In this document: piece after piece, positions 9,462-21,094 of the stretch
Layout: each line of letters opens with the position of its first letter
How positions within the stretch are numbered: position 1 is the first letter of the stretch
Source of the DNA: Dokdonella ginsengisoli
GTDB taxonomy: Bacteria > Pseudomonadota > Gammaproteobacteria > Xanthomonadales > Rhodanobacteraceae
DNA: 64,000 nt
Reading direction: 5' to 3'
Assembly: GCF_042652785.1 (NCBI RefSeq)
Contig: NZ_JBHSHD010000002.1
Location: forward strand, 103,750-167,749
Position numbers and translations under genes: made by a program
Notes under the pieces: model-generated
What the model saw: the letters and a program-made list of their open reading frames with translations, nothing else
Database searches by the model: none
What the model was told of the DNA's origin: nothing

Positions 9462-9497
9462 AGCAAAGCGCCGGCGCGGGGGAAGCCGCGCCGGCGC
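9462..9497 (-). terminator. Rho-independent terminator downstream of amtB.
   Basis: The minus strand shows GCGCCGGCGCGG cttcc CCCGCGCCGGCGC followed by TTTGCT. Confidence 0.5.
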
Positions 9498-9508
9498 GGA
9501 CGCCGGAC

Positions 9509-10921
9509 TCAGTGGTCGTAGGCCGACTCGCCGTGCGAGACGATGTCCAGGCCTTCGCGCTCCTGCTCCTCGCTGACGCGCAGGCCGACGAGCAGGTCGG
9601 CGACCTTGTAGGCGATGACGGCGACGACCGCGGTCCAGACGATCGTGAGGCCGACCGCCTTGGCCTGGATCAGCAGCTGCGTGCCGATGCCGGGATAGCC
9701 GACGGTGCCGGTGACCCAGTCGGTGACGAGGCCGGGGCCGCCGAGCGCGGGGGCGTTGAAGATGCCGGTCAGCAGCGCGCCGCTGATGCCGCCGAGCGCG
9801 TGCACGCCGAACACGTCGAGCGAGTCGTCGGCCTTGAGCAGGCGCTTCAGCCCGGTCACGCCCCACAGGCAGATCACGCCGGCGGCGAGGCCGATCGCGA
9901 ACGCGCCGGGAATGCCGACGTTGCCGGCCGCCGGCGTGATCGCGACGAGGCCGGCGACCGCACCCGACGCGGCGCCGAGCATCGACGGCTTGCCCTTGAG
10001 CAGCCACTCGGCGAAGGTCCACGACAGCACCGCGCAGGCGGTCGCCAGATAGGTGTTGAGGAACGCGAGCGCGGCCGAGGCGTTCGCCTCCAGCGCGGAG
10101 CCGGCGTTGAAGCCGAACCAGCCGAACCACAGCAGCGACGCGCCGATCATGGTCATGGTCAGGCTGTGCGGGCGCAGCGCCTCGCGGCCGTAGCCGATGC
10201 GCTTGCCGACCAGGAACGCGCCGATCAGTCCGGCCACGCCGGCGTTGATGTGCACGACCGTGCCGCCGGCGAAATCGAGCGCGCCCCACTGCCAGATCAG
10301 ACCGGCGGTGGCGTTGAGGGCTTCGACCTTGCCGGCATCGGTGTAGGCGTCCGGCCCCGGCCAGAACCAGACCATGTGCGCGATCGGCAGATAGCTGAAG
10401 GTGAACCAGATCAGCATGAAGATTAGCACCGCGGAGAAGCGGATGCGCTCGACCAGCGAGCCGAGGATCAGGCAGCAGGTGATCGCGGCGAACGTGGCCT
10501 GGAACGCGACGAACACCAGTTCGTACATCGGCGTGCCCTTGGAGAACGTGCCGGCCAGCGCGAACGTGCCGGCGGCGGGATCGAAGGTGCCGTGCAGGAA
10601 CAGGCGCGAGAAGCTGCCGAAGAACGCGTTGCCCTCGGTGAAGGCCAGGCTGTAGCCGTAGACGCACCACAGCACGCTGATCAGCGAGAACACGACGAAC
10701 ACCTGCATCAGCACCGACAGCATGTTCTTGCTGCGCACCAGGCCGCCGTAGAACAGCGCCAGCGCGGGCACGCTCATCAGCAGCACGAGTGCGGTCGAGG
10801 TCAGCATCCAGGCGGTGTCGCCCTTGTTCGGCACCGCCGCGGGCGCGCCCTGGGCGAAGGCGAGCGAGGGCAGCAGTTCGCAGGTGGCGAAGACGGTGAA
10901 GAGGAACAGTCGGTTTCTCAT
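9509..10921 (-). CDS. amtB: Ammonium transporter AmtB.
   Basis: A signal peptide is followed by 11 TM helices. Amt-family motifs are present (DFAGGTVVHINAG, FGFNAGS). It lies directly downstream of glnK. Confidence 0.9.
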   Translation of the reverse strand: MRNRLFLFTVFATCELLPSLAFAQGAPAAVPNKGDTAWMLTSTALVLLMSVPALALFYGGLVRSKNMLSVLMQVFVVFSLISVLWCVYGYSLAFTEGNAFFGSFSRLFLHGTFDPAAGTFALAGTFSKGTPMYELVFVAFQATFAAITCCLILGSLVERIRFSAVLIFMLIWFTFSYLPIAHMVWFWPGPDAYTDAGKVEALNATAGLIWQWGALDFAGGTVVHINAGVAGLIGAFLVGKRIGYGREALRPHSLTMTMIGASLLWFGWFGFNAGSALEANASAALAFLNTYLATACAVLSWTFAEWLLKGKPSMLGAASGAVAGLVAITPAAGNVGIPGAFAIGLAAGVICLWGVTGLKRLLKADDSLDVFGVHALGGISGALLTGIFNAPALGGPGLVTDWVTGTVGYPGIGTQLLIQAKAVGLTIVWTAVVAVIAYKVADLLVGLRVSEEQEREGLDIVSHGESAYDH

Positions 10922-10932
10922 GGCTTTCCTCC

Positions 10933-12342
<1,410 letters not shown>

Positions 12343-12420
12343 CGGATGAATCCCGCCGCATGCGCAAACGCAGCGGCGGGTCCGCTGCCGCGCTCCGCGG
12401 ACGGAGCGCGGCAGGGGCGA

Positions 12421-13830
<1,410 letters not shown>

Positions 13831-13864
13831 GACGATCTCGAAGCGGTAGGTGCCGCGGATACAG

Positions 13865-13880
13865 CAATGCCTGTGCCAAC
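13865..13880 (-). promoter_or_regulatory. Sigma-54 (-24/-12) promoter of glnA.
   Basis: The minus strand reads TTGGCACAGGCATTGCT = TGGCAC-N5-TTGC, a perfect RpoN consensus about 35 nt upstream of the glnA ATG. Confidence 0.6.
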
Positions 13881-13942
13881 CCGGAATTCCCCATCTTCTC
13901 CAATGAAATCAATACACTGACCTGCAGGATCGGGCATCGATA

Positions 13943-13989
13943 GCACCAATATGGTGCGATTTTCCCCGGTTTTGCACCAGATTGTTCCC
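13943..13989. promoter_or_regulatory. NtrC enhancer sites upstream of glnAp.
   Basis: GCACCA-ata-TGGTGC at 13943-13957 is a perfect palindrome matching TGCACCA-N3-TGGTGCA. A weaker half-site TGCACCAGATTGTTCC lies at 13974-13989. Both sit about 70-110 bp upstream of the sigma54 -24 element. Confidence 0.6.
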
Positions 13990-14018
13990 GTCTCCCGTTC
14001 GCTCTTCCCCGGACCGCC

Positions 14019-14813
14019 ATGAACGACATCCTGATTCCCGCGCTGCTCGGCCTGATCGAGGGCATCACCGAATTCCTGCCGATCTCGAGCACGGGCCACC
14101 TGCTGATCGCCGAACACTGGCTCGGCAGACGCTCGGATGTGTTCAACGTCGTGATCCAGGCCGGAGCGATCCTCGCCGTGGTGCTGATCTATCGCGAACG
14201 GCTGTGGCGGCTGGCCACCGGATTCGCCCAGGCCGAGAACCGCGACTACGCGCTGAAGCTGATGACCGCGTTCCTGATCACCGGCGTGCTCGGCTTTCTC
14301 GCCACGCGGCTGGGCTTCAAGCTGCCGGAGTCGATCGTCCCGGTGGCCTGGGCGCTGATCGTCGGCGGCCTGTGGATGATCGCAGCCGAATGGTTCGCCG
14401 CGAAGCAGCCCGATCGCAGCGCCATCACCTGGCGCGTGGCGGTGCTGGTCGGCCTGGCGCAGGTCGTCGCGGCGATCTTTCCCGGTACCTCGCGGTCAGC
14501 GGCGACCATCTTCGTCGCCCTGCTCGCCGGCACCAGCAACCGCGCGGCGGCGACCGAATTCGCTTTCCTGGTCGGCATCCCGACCATGTTCGCCGCAAGC
14601 GGCTACGAGCTGCTGAAGTCGATGAAGAACGGCAGCAGCGCGCACGAGGACTGGAGTGCGCTGGCGATCGCGTTCGCCGTTTCGCTGATCACGGCGTTCG
14701 TCGCGGTGAAGTGGCTGCTCGGCTACATCCGCACGCACCGCTTCACGCCGTTCGCGATCTACCGCATCGTGTTCGGCGTCGCGCTGCTGCTGATGCTGCC
14801 GGCGGCGGCCTGA
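14019..14813 (+). CDS. uppP: Undecaprenyl-diphosphate phosphatase (BacA/UppP).
   Basis: The product has 8 TM helices and the conserved LIGLIEGITEFLPISSTGHL and PGTSRSAATI motifs. Confidence 0.9.
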   Translation: MNDILIPALLGLIEGITEFLPISSTGHLLIAEHWLGRRSDVFNVVIQAGAILAVVLIYRERLWRLATGFAQAENRDYALKLMTAFLITGVLGFLATRLGFKLPESIVPVAWALIVGGLWMIAAEWFAAKQPDRSAITWRVAVLVGLAQVVAAIFPGTSRSAATIFVALLAGTSNRAAATEFAFLVGIPTMFAASGYELLKSMKNGSSAHEDWSALAIAFAVSLITAFVAVKWLLGYIRTHRFTPFAIYRIVFGVALLLMLPAAA

Positions 14814-14843
14814 GACGCGCGACCGCGCGAACGGGCCGCGGCG

Positions 14844-15737
14844 CTAGACGTCGCCGTCCTGCGCCCAGCCTTCGCCGCTGCCGCGCTGGAACACGCGATC
14901 GCTCGCCAGCACGTCGCCGGCCGGCACCGATTCCTGCGCGGCGAGTTCGGCGTACAGCGGCGTGAAGTCGGGCCGCGTCGCGTCGATCAGCTGGTCGAAG
15001 CTGTCGATCACGAAGTAGGTCTTCTGGTAGGTGTCGATGCGGTAACGCGTGCGCATGATGCGCGCCAGATCGAAGCCGATGCGGTTCGGCGCCGCCGATT
15101 CGAGGCAGTGGATCGACTCGCCCTTCGACGACACGATGCCGGATCCGTAGATGCGCAAGGCGCCGTCCTGCCGGATCAGGCCGAACTCGACCGTGTACCA
15201 GTACAGCCGGGTCAGGTTGACCAGCGCCTGCGCGCCGATGCCGTGCGCCTTCACGCCACCGCGGCCGTAGGCCTGCATGTAGTCGGCGAAGACCGGATTG
15301 AGCAGCAGCGGCACGTGGCCGAACAGGTCGTGGAACAGGTCCGGTTCGGCGATGTAGTCGATCTGCTCGGGCTTGCGGATCCACCAGGTGACCGGAAAGC
15401 GCCGGTTCGCCAGATGGTCGAAGAAGGTCAGCTCGGGCAGCAGACCTTCCACGCCCACGAGTTCCCAGCCGGTCGCCTTCGCCAGCACCGCGTTGAGCTC
15501 GTCGAACCGCGGGATCGCGTCGGGCGTCATGCCGAAGCGCTGCTGGTTCTCGATGAATTCGCGGCAGGCACGGCCCTTGAGCACCTCGCGCTGACGCTCG
15601 AACAGGGTCGCCCAGGTTTCGTGGTCCGTCCGCGAATAGCTCGACCACGGCTGCTCGACGACGGCCGTGGTGTAGACCGGCACGTAGCCCTTGTCGGTCT
15701 GCTGATGTTCGACGCGGCGGGGAGCGCTGGCGTTCAT
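14844..15737 (-). CDS. phhA: Phenylalanine 4-monooxygenase (aromatic amino acid hydroxylase).
   Basis: The 297-aa product has the iron ligands and pterin site (HDLFGHVPLL...EFGL). The ATG was mapped at 15735-15737. Only the 3' two-thirds of the listed ORF 14844..16250 is real. Confidence 0.9.
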   Translation of the reverse strand: MNASAPRRVEHQQTDKGYVPVYTTAVVEQPWSSYSRTDHETWATLFERQREVLKGRACREFIENQQRFGMTPDAIPRFDELNAVLAKATGWELVGVEGLLPELTFFDHLANRRFPVTWWIRKPEQIDYIAEPDLFHDLFGHVPLLLNPVFADYMQAYGRGGVKAHGIGAQALVNLTRLYWYTVEFGLIRQDGALRIYGSGIVSSKGESIHCLESAAPNRIGFDLARIMRTRYRIDTYQKTYFVIDSFDQLIDATRPDFTPLYAELAAQESVPAGDVLASDRVFQRGSGEGWAQDGDV

Positions 15738-15802
15738 GGCACGTTTCCGGTGGACGGACACGAAGCTTAGCGCGGATCGGCCGCAGCGGCGCCGCGCGCG
15801 AT

Positions 15803-16609
15803 TCAGTGCAGCGTCGGCGGGCGGTCGTCGCGCGGGCGCGGCTGGAACACGATCACGCGGCCGTTCGCGCCGTCGTCCGGCGTGGTCCGCTGCCACAGCA
15901 CCGGCACGTCGCGCGCGCGCGGCAGTTCCAGTTCCTCGTCGACGAGCGGCTCGCCCGCCTCGTCCTCTTCCCACGAATAGCGCTTGCGCGGCGGCAGCGG
16001 ATCGCGCGCGCGCAGCAGCACGGCGGCGACCAGCCCCGCGACGGCGCCGGCCAGGTGGTATTCGAAACTGACGTTGGCCTCGCGCGGCAGCACGGTCATC
16101 AGCATGCCGCCGTAGAGGAAAAACACCACCAGCGACACGACGACGGCCAGACGGTCGCGCCGCAGCAGCCCCATGACGAACAGGAACAGCATCAGGCCGT
16201 GCGCGATGCCGCTCGCACCGACATGCGTGGACGAGCGCGCGAACAGCCACACGCCGAGGCCGGACGCGAGCCAGATCAGCGGCACCGCGAGCCGCGCCGC
16301 GCGCGGGTAGCAGTACAGGGTCAGGGTGGCGAGCAGCGCCAGCGGCAGCGTGTTCGACATCAGGTGCTCGAACGAGGCGTGCGCGAACGGCGCGGTCAGG
16401 ATGCCGATCAGGCCGGAGAAGTCGCGCGGCCGCACGCCAAGGTCGTCGAGCGACCAGCCGAGCAGCCAGGCCAGCAGCCAGGCGACCCAGACGCCGGCGA
16501 GCAGGGCCGCCGCGCCGAGCACGGCGTAGCGCACGCGCTCGCGATCGTGCGCGACGGCGACAGCGGTCGGTTCGGGAACGGGGCGCGCGAAATCCATGCC
16601 CGGCATCAT
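15803..16609 (-). CDS. Rhomboid-family intramembrane serine protease. The start is uncertain (16597, 16609 or a TTG at 16633).
   Basis: Six TM helices. The catalytic GASGIAHGLM (GxSG) sits in TM4 and a His in TM6 (..HLAGAVAG..). The gene is 16 nt downstream of terC. Confidence 0.7.
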   Translation of the reverse strand: MMPGMDFARPVPEPTAVAVAHDRERVRYAVLGAAALLAGVWVAWLLAWLLGWSLDDLGVRPRDFSGLIGILTAPFAHASFEHLMSNTLPLALLATLTLYCYPRAARLAVPLIWLASGLGVWLFARSSTHVGASGIAHGLMLFLFVMGLLRRDRLAVVVSLVVFFLYGGMLMTVLPREANVSFEYHLAGAVAGLVAAVLLRARDPLPPRKRYSWEEDEAGEPLVDEELELPRARDVPVLWQRTTPDDGANGRVIVFQPRPRDDRPPTLH

Positions 16610-16649
16610 GGGGATGCGCCGCGGCCGGCTCAAGCCCGCGGCGGTGGCG

Positions 16650-17606
16650 TCAGCCGGCGTCGCGGCGCGGCGGAATGCGCAGGCTGGCGACGATCGAGGC
16701 GCCGATCAGCAGCGCGACCACGCCGAGCGCGATGCCGATCGGAATCTTGTAGAAGTCCGCGATCAGCATCTTCGTGCCGATGAACAGCAGCACCGCGGCA
16801 AGGCCGTAGCTGAGCAGATGGAAGCGTTCGGCCGCGCCGGCGAGCAGGAAGAACATCGCGCGCAGTCCGAGCACGGCGAACACGTTCGAGGTCAGCACGA
16901 CGAACGGATCCTCGGTGACCGCGAAGATCGCCGGAATCGAGTCCACCGCGAAGATCACGTCGGTGACCGCGATCAGCATCATCACGACGAACAGCGGCGT
17001 GTACAGGCGCTTGCCGTTCTCCAGCACGCTCAGCGCACTGTCGCGGAATTCCCGTGTCAGCGGCAGGTGCCTGCGCATCCAGCGCAGCATCGGATTGGCC
17101 TCCAGGTCCGGCTCCTGGTTCGCAGCGAGCAGCATCTTGACGCCGGTGACGATCAGGAACAGGCCGAACAGGTAGAGGATCCAGTGGAACCGCGCGACCA
17201 GGGCGGCGCCGATGAAGATCAGGATCGCGCGCAGCACGATCGCGCCGAGCACGCCGAGCATCAGTGCGCGCTGCCTTTGCTCGGGCGGCACCCCGAAGTA
17301 GTTGAAGATCATCAGGAACACGAAGATGTTGTCGACCGCCAGCGACTTCTCGACCACGTAGCCGGTCAGGAACTCCAGGCCGATGTCGTTCGCCACGGCG
17401 CGCCCGGCGTGGCCGTCCAGCCACCACCACAGGCCGAGGTTGAACGCGAGCGCGAGGCCGACCCAGGCCAGGCTCCAGATCAGCGCTTCGCGGAACGAGA
17501 CGCGATGCGGGCCTCCGCTGCGCAGTACGGCGAAGTCGACGACCAGCGCCGCGATCACGATCAGCGCGAAGGCGCTCCACAGCCCGGTGGTTCCGATGGT
17601 TTGCAT
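16650..17606 (-). CDS. TerC-family integral membrane protein (Alx/MntP-associated family).
   Basis: The product has 7-9 TM helices and the TerC signature EKSLAVDNIFVF...FAVDSIPAIFAV. The real start is MQTIGTTG at 17606. The upstream 23 codons of the listed ORF overlap the terminator and riboswitch. Confidence 0.85.
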   Translation of the reverse strand: MQTIGTTGLWSAFALIVIAALVVDFAVLRSGGPHRVSFREALIWSLAWVGLALAFNLGLWWWLDGHAGRAVANDIGLEFLTGYVVEKSLAVDNIFVFLMIFNYFGVPPEQRQRALMLGVLGAIVLRAILIFIGAALVARFHWILYLFGLFLIVTGVKMLLAANQEPDLEANPMLRWMRRHLPLTREFRDSALSVLENGKRLYTPLFVVMMLIAVTDVIFAVDSIPAIFAVTEDPFVVLTSNVFAVLGLRAMFFLLAGAAERFHLLSYGLAAVLLFIGTKMLIADFYKIPIGIALGVVALLIGASIVASLRIPPRRDAG

Positions 17607-17618
17607 GCGATGCTCCGA

Positions 17619-17654
17619 AAAGACAAAACCCCGCGAGCCGGCGGCGCGCGGGGC
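17619..17654 (-). terminator. Intrinsic terminator (expression platform) immediately upstream of the terC start.
   Basis: The minus strand shows CCCCGCG-cgccgccggct-CGCGGGG followed by UUUUGUCUUUU. It ends 13 nt before the ATG. A second hairpin CCUUCGCCG-aucua-CGGCGAAGG lies just upstream at 17682-17704. Confidence 0.55.
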
Positions 17655-17689
17655 CTTTGCGTTTTCGCAGGGCACACCTTCGCCGTAGA

Positions 17690-17812
17690 TCGGCGAAGGT
17701 CTCGCTCACAGGTCTCGTCGAGGCCTGCCTGTCGGACCGGAGCCTGGGATTCGCACGGAATCCAGATTCGTGTTGACGATCGCGACAGCGGGAGCTACTC
17801 CCCTTCTGCGGG
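17690..17812 (-). promoter_or_regulatory. Candidate yybP-ykoY (manganese) riboswitch aptamer in the terC leader.
   Basis: The minus strand contains GAAGGGGAGUAGC (the L1 hallmark GGGGAGUAG) and, about 80 nt downstream, CUCGACGAGACC (the conserved GACGAGAC segment). The terminator at 17619-17654 and then terC follow. TerC/Alx is the most common gene regulated by this class. The exact helices were not verified. A CUUGUCAGC motif lies upstream of the aptamer rather than 3' of it. Confidence 0.45.
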
Positions 17813-17883
17813 CGCGACGATAACCGTCGCGCGGGCTGCTGACAAGTGCGCTGCGCCGGGCAATCAGCGCGGCGCGCCGGATT

Positions 17884-19491
17884 TCAGGGAACGAAGGCGA
17901 CGCGCAGCGCGTACAGCACCGCGATGGCGACGCCGACCACGACCGCAGCGACGACCAGGCCCGCCACCACGCGCATCGCGGTGACGCCCTCCTCGTCGGT
18001 ACGCGCATTGGCGCCAACGCCGCGAACCTGCTGCCCGACCCAGTCCATCGCCTGGCGCAGCGATTCGGTCGCACCGGCCGGGCGGCGTTCCGCGTTCGCC
18101 AGCTGCGAATTCTGCTTGGCGTTCTCGCCGACGTTCTGGCGTGCGTCGGTCAGGTTCGCACGGGTCTTGGCGTCCGCGCCGTCGCGCAGCGCGCGTGCGT
18201 CGGCGCGCACCTGCGCTTCGTTCGCCCGCGGATCGTTCGCGGTGCGCGTCTGCTGCTGCTCGGCGGTCTGCTTGGCCAGCGAGCGGTCCATCGCCTCGGC
18301 CTGGCGCTTCGCATCGGCCGGCAACTGCTGCGGGTTGCGCAGTTCGTTGTCGCCGGCCGGCATCTGCTGCGGCGGCGCGGACAGCGTCTTGTCGTGCGTC
18401 TGTGCATTCGCGGCGGGATTGGAGAGCAGCGCCCCCTGCAGCAACGAGCGCTGCTCCGCGGTCAGCGGCAGCCCGGCTGCCTGCCGCGCCTGCGCGTCGT
18501 GCAATGCGTTCTGCTGCTGAGGCTGTGCGTTCTGCGGCTGCGTCGCCTGCTGCGGCAGCGTGGTCGTCTGATTCGCGGCGAGACCGCCGAGCAGGGCCTG
18601 CTGCGCCGCGGCCGACAGTCCGGCCGTCAGCACGCCGGTCTGCGCGGACTGCTGCATCGCCTGCGGCGTCGCTGCCGCATTGCCGGCCTGCGGGGCATTG
18701 CGCGCTTCGGTGCCTGCAGGCCGACCGGAGGCGCCCGGCTGCTGCGCGCCGTTCGGGACGGTGGTTGCCGCCGGTTCGGTATTGCCGCGCGCGACCGGCG
18801 CCGAATCGGTGCGTCCGGGCGTGCCCGGCGGCTGCGTGGTTCGCGGGGTGGTTTCTCCGGGCGCACGCGCGCCCGTATCCACGACCCGCCCCGGATCGCC
18901 GCCGGTCGGAGTCGGAGATCCGTTGCGACCACCGGTGTCGAATGGCGAATCCTGAGGGGTCCGAGGCGTGTTCACCACCGGCTGGTTGCGACCGCCGAAG
19001 ATCAGCGAGCCGAGGCCGGAAACGAGCTGGCCGGTCTGGTTCAGCGTGCCCGAGATCAGGCCGTCGCCGCCACCGCGCCCCTGGTTTCCCCAACCATTGC
19101 CGTTGCCATTGCCCCAGCCATTGCCGCGCGGACCGTCTCCATCGCGGCCACCGCCTCTCGGACCGTCATCGCCGTGCGGCCCACCATCGCCATGCGGCCA
19201 GCCGTTGCCATGGTTCCAGCCGTTCCCGCCATTCCCGCCGCCATGGAGCGGATCGGTCTGGCCCGGGCCACGGTCGCCGCCGACGGCGTCCGACGGCGAG
19301 CCGCCGGTCTCCTTGCCGCCGGTTTCGGCGCCTTCACCGCCCTCGGGGGCGTTAGGCGTGACGGCATTGGCATCCGTCCCTTCCCCGCCCGCCCCCGACT
19401 TCGGGTCAGGTTGCTCTCCACGCGGCGGGAAAAGCGTGCTCGGATCCGCCGCACCGCCCTGCCTGGGACCACCCGGTATGCCTATGCTCAT
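17884..19491 (-). CDS. Low-complexity Gly/Asn/Trp-repeat and Gln-rich protein with a single C-terminal TM helix. Hypothetical.
   Basis: The 535-aa ORF has high GC3 in this frame only. A GGAG lies 8 nt before the ATG. The N-terminus has no signal peptide. Repeats include GNGW(N/G)HGNGWPHGDGG and QQ-rich tracts. The C-terminus VVAGLVVAAVVVGVAIAVLYAL is hydrophobic. Overlapping ORFs in other frames are Arg-rich noise. Confidence 0.45.
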   Translation of the reverse strand: MSIGIPGGPRQGGAADPSTLFPPRGEQPDPKSGAGGEGTDANAVTPNAPEGGEGAETGGKETGGSPSDAVGGDRGPGQTDPLHGGGNGGNGWNHGNGWPHGDGGPHGDDGPRGGGRDGDGPRGNGWGNGNGNGWGNQGRGGGDGLISGTLNQTGQLVSGLGSLIFGGRNQPVVNTPRTPQDSPFDTGGRNGSPTPTGGDPGRVVDTGARAPGETTPRTTQPPGTPGRTDSAPVARGNTEPAATTVPNGAQQPGASGRPAGTEARNAPQAGNAAATPQAMQQSAQTGVLTAGLSAAAQQALLGGLAANQTTTLPQQATQPQNAQPQQQNALHDAQARQAAGLPLTAEQRSLLQGALLSNPAANAQTHDKTLSAPPQQMPAGDNELRNPQQLPADAKRQAEAMDRSLAKQTAEQQQTRTANDPRANEAQVRADARALRDGADAKTRANLTDARQNVGENAKQNSQLANAERRPAGATESLRQAMDWVGQQVRGVGANARTDEEGVTAMRVVAGLVVAAVVVGVAIAVLYALRVAFVP

Positions 19492-19714
19492 GACTGCGCT
19501 CCGCGACCCGCCGGCGCCAGCAGGTCAATCGTCAGGCATGTTACGCCCGTACACTTTTGTCGGGACTAGGGAAAACCCGAGGCTCGTGAGCTAGCTCTCA
19601 AATCCTGCCGGAAGAGTTCCTCAACCACTCGGCACGTGTATCGCCATGCGATCCTTGCACGCAATACGCGTGCCCCTCCCGCCGCATCGCGGCGAAAGGG
19701 GGACCGCAATTTCC

Positions 19715-20935
19715 TTATTCGCACATCATGCCGTTGGCACTGAACAGCCGGCTATATTCGGCGCTACCGTTGATGACCGGCGCCGACGCAGGCAGACCGC
19801 CGTCGGGCGTGAAGCTCATGTCGAGACGGCTGCAGTGCGGGAACGTGAACGTGACCTTGCCCCAGTGCGGGAATGGGCGAGGGCCGCTGATGTAGAAAGC
19901 ATCCATGGTAATGGAGCGCCCCCCCTCATTGAACGGCGCATTGCCGACCAGCCAGATAGCGTTGCCGTTCTGGTCCTTCGTCAGCAGGTCGAACACGAGC
20001 TGGCGTGAATAGGTCGCATCGGCGCCCGTGCCGGTCCATTGCTCGCTGATCTGCACCAGCAGGCCATCATCGGGGCGAGTCTTGCCGACCCACTGTGCCG
20101 CCGCATACCCATCGAAGGGGAGCGTATTGAATGCGTCGGGATATTCCGACTGGATCGGCTCGTAGCCCTCGACAGGGACGTCGACGGGATTCACATTGCT
20201 GAGCCCCGGATCCACGCGCAGAACGAACGGATAGTTGAAGAAGAACGAGCGATAGCCGACATACGGATAGTTTTCGAGCGAGTAGGTCACAACATCCGGC
20301 ATCGGCGAATCGAACGCCGTGTCCGAAATGACGGTATTCGGCTCCGAGGCGGGACGCACTCGGCTGGCGTCGTCGAAATCGCTCCCGGACTGCGAGGCCT
20401 TGAGCAGCGGGAACGTCACCAGCGTATCGGGGCTGGCATTCGTGTCCCGTGCGAAACTCACCAAGGTCAACGAGTTGGCACCCCCATCACCGTTGTACGG
20501 CGTCAGCTCACCACTGCTGCTGCAAGCCAAGCGCCAGACTGTAAGGGTGACGTCTTCCACTCCGACCGGATCCAGCGTGTAGGCGTCCTTGGCCAACAGC
20601 GGCACTCGCGCCTGGGCGAGGACGGGACCACTGACCGAACTCGGCAGCGGATCAGCAGCGCAGCTCGGAGGATAAGTACGAAATCCGTTCGCGTGTGGCG
20701 TACCAGGACGAGCGTCACCCGCTTTCGCCAAAGCCTTCTCCGTTGCCACGCCCCCACCCTGAGCGGGAGCTGCGGCACGCACGCGCTTGTTCCTTTCCAA
20801 GGCATCAGCAGCGACCGCTGCTTGATGGGACTTGATCGCCGAAGGCGAAATTGGAGTCAAGTTGCTGTCGGCAACAGCGGGAATGGCGACGACGCCGGCA
20901 GCGAGGGCCAGCGTCAGTGTGGTCAGATTTCGCAT
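19715..20935 (-). CDS. Secreted hypothetical protein, 406 aa, Sec signal peptide.
   Basis: MRNLTTLTLALAAGVVAIPAVA is a signal peptide. GGGGA lies 7 nt before the ATG. GC is about 58%, below the window average. No recognisable domain. Confidence 0.7.
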   Translation of the reverse strand: MRNLTTLTLALAAGVVAIPAVADSNLTPISPSAIKSHQAAVAADALERNKRVRAAAPAQGGGVATEKALAKAGDARPGTPHANGFRTYPPSCAADPLPSSVSGPVLAQARVPLLAKDAYTLDPVGVEDVTLTVWRLACSSSGELTPYNGDGGANSLTLVSFARDTNASPDTLVTFPLLKASQSGSDFDDASRVRPASEPNTVISDTAFDSPMPDVVTYSLENYPYVGYRSFFFNYPFVLRVDPGLSNVNPVDVPVEGYEPIQSEYPDAFNTLPFDGYAAAQWVGKTRPDDGLLVQISEQWTGTGADATYSRQLVFDLLTKDQNGNAIWLVGNAPFNEGGRSITMDAFYISGPRPFPHWGKVTFTFPHCSRLDMSFTPDGGLPASAPVINGSAEYSRLFSANGMMCE

Positions 20936-21047
20936 CGGTGTATCCCCATCATCATGTCCTCGAAAGCATGGATCACTCGTGATGAATTATTGATGAATCT
21001 TAAAGCCTCGGCATGAGAACACATAATTTTCCAGCAGATACATTAAT

Positions 21048-21073
21048 GCCGCCGACGAGCAATCGTCGGCGGC
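21048..21073 (-). terminator. GC-rich perfect hairpin downstream of the 196-aa secreted-protein gene (candidate terminator).
   Basis: GCCGCCGACGA-gcaa-TCGTCGGCGGC, an 11-bp stem inside AT-rich DNA. The 3' U-tract is poor (AUUAAUGUAU). Confidence 0.35.
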
Positions 21074-21094
21074 CTCGTCACACCCACAGGCCGC

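Noticed and set aside
7718-9576. ORFs 7718..9466(-), 7878..8831(+), 7948..9576(+) and 8088..8768(-).
   Set aside because: They overlap the TPR-sulfotransferase gene (7819..9420, minus), which has a clean PAPS-binding motif. The alternatives are Arg-rich low-complexity translations.
17812-17840. The CUUGUCAGCAGCC motif 5' of the GGGGAGUAG segment, considered as evidence that the riboswitch is on the plus strand or is absent.
   Set aside because: The plus strand lacks GGGGAGUAG and has no downstream gene or terminator. The minus-strand arrangement (aptamer segments, terminator, terC) remains the better explanation, so the call is kept at reduced confidence.
17864-19594. ORFs 17864..19093(-), 18141..19355(+), 18394..19569(+) and 18968..19594(+) overlapping the low-complexity protein gene.
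   Set aside because: Only the frame of 17884..19491(-) shows consistent third-position GC and a plausible RBS. The others are Arg/Pro-rich frames over repetitive DNA.
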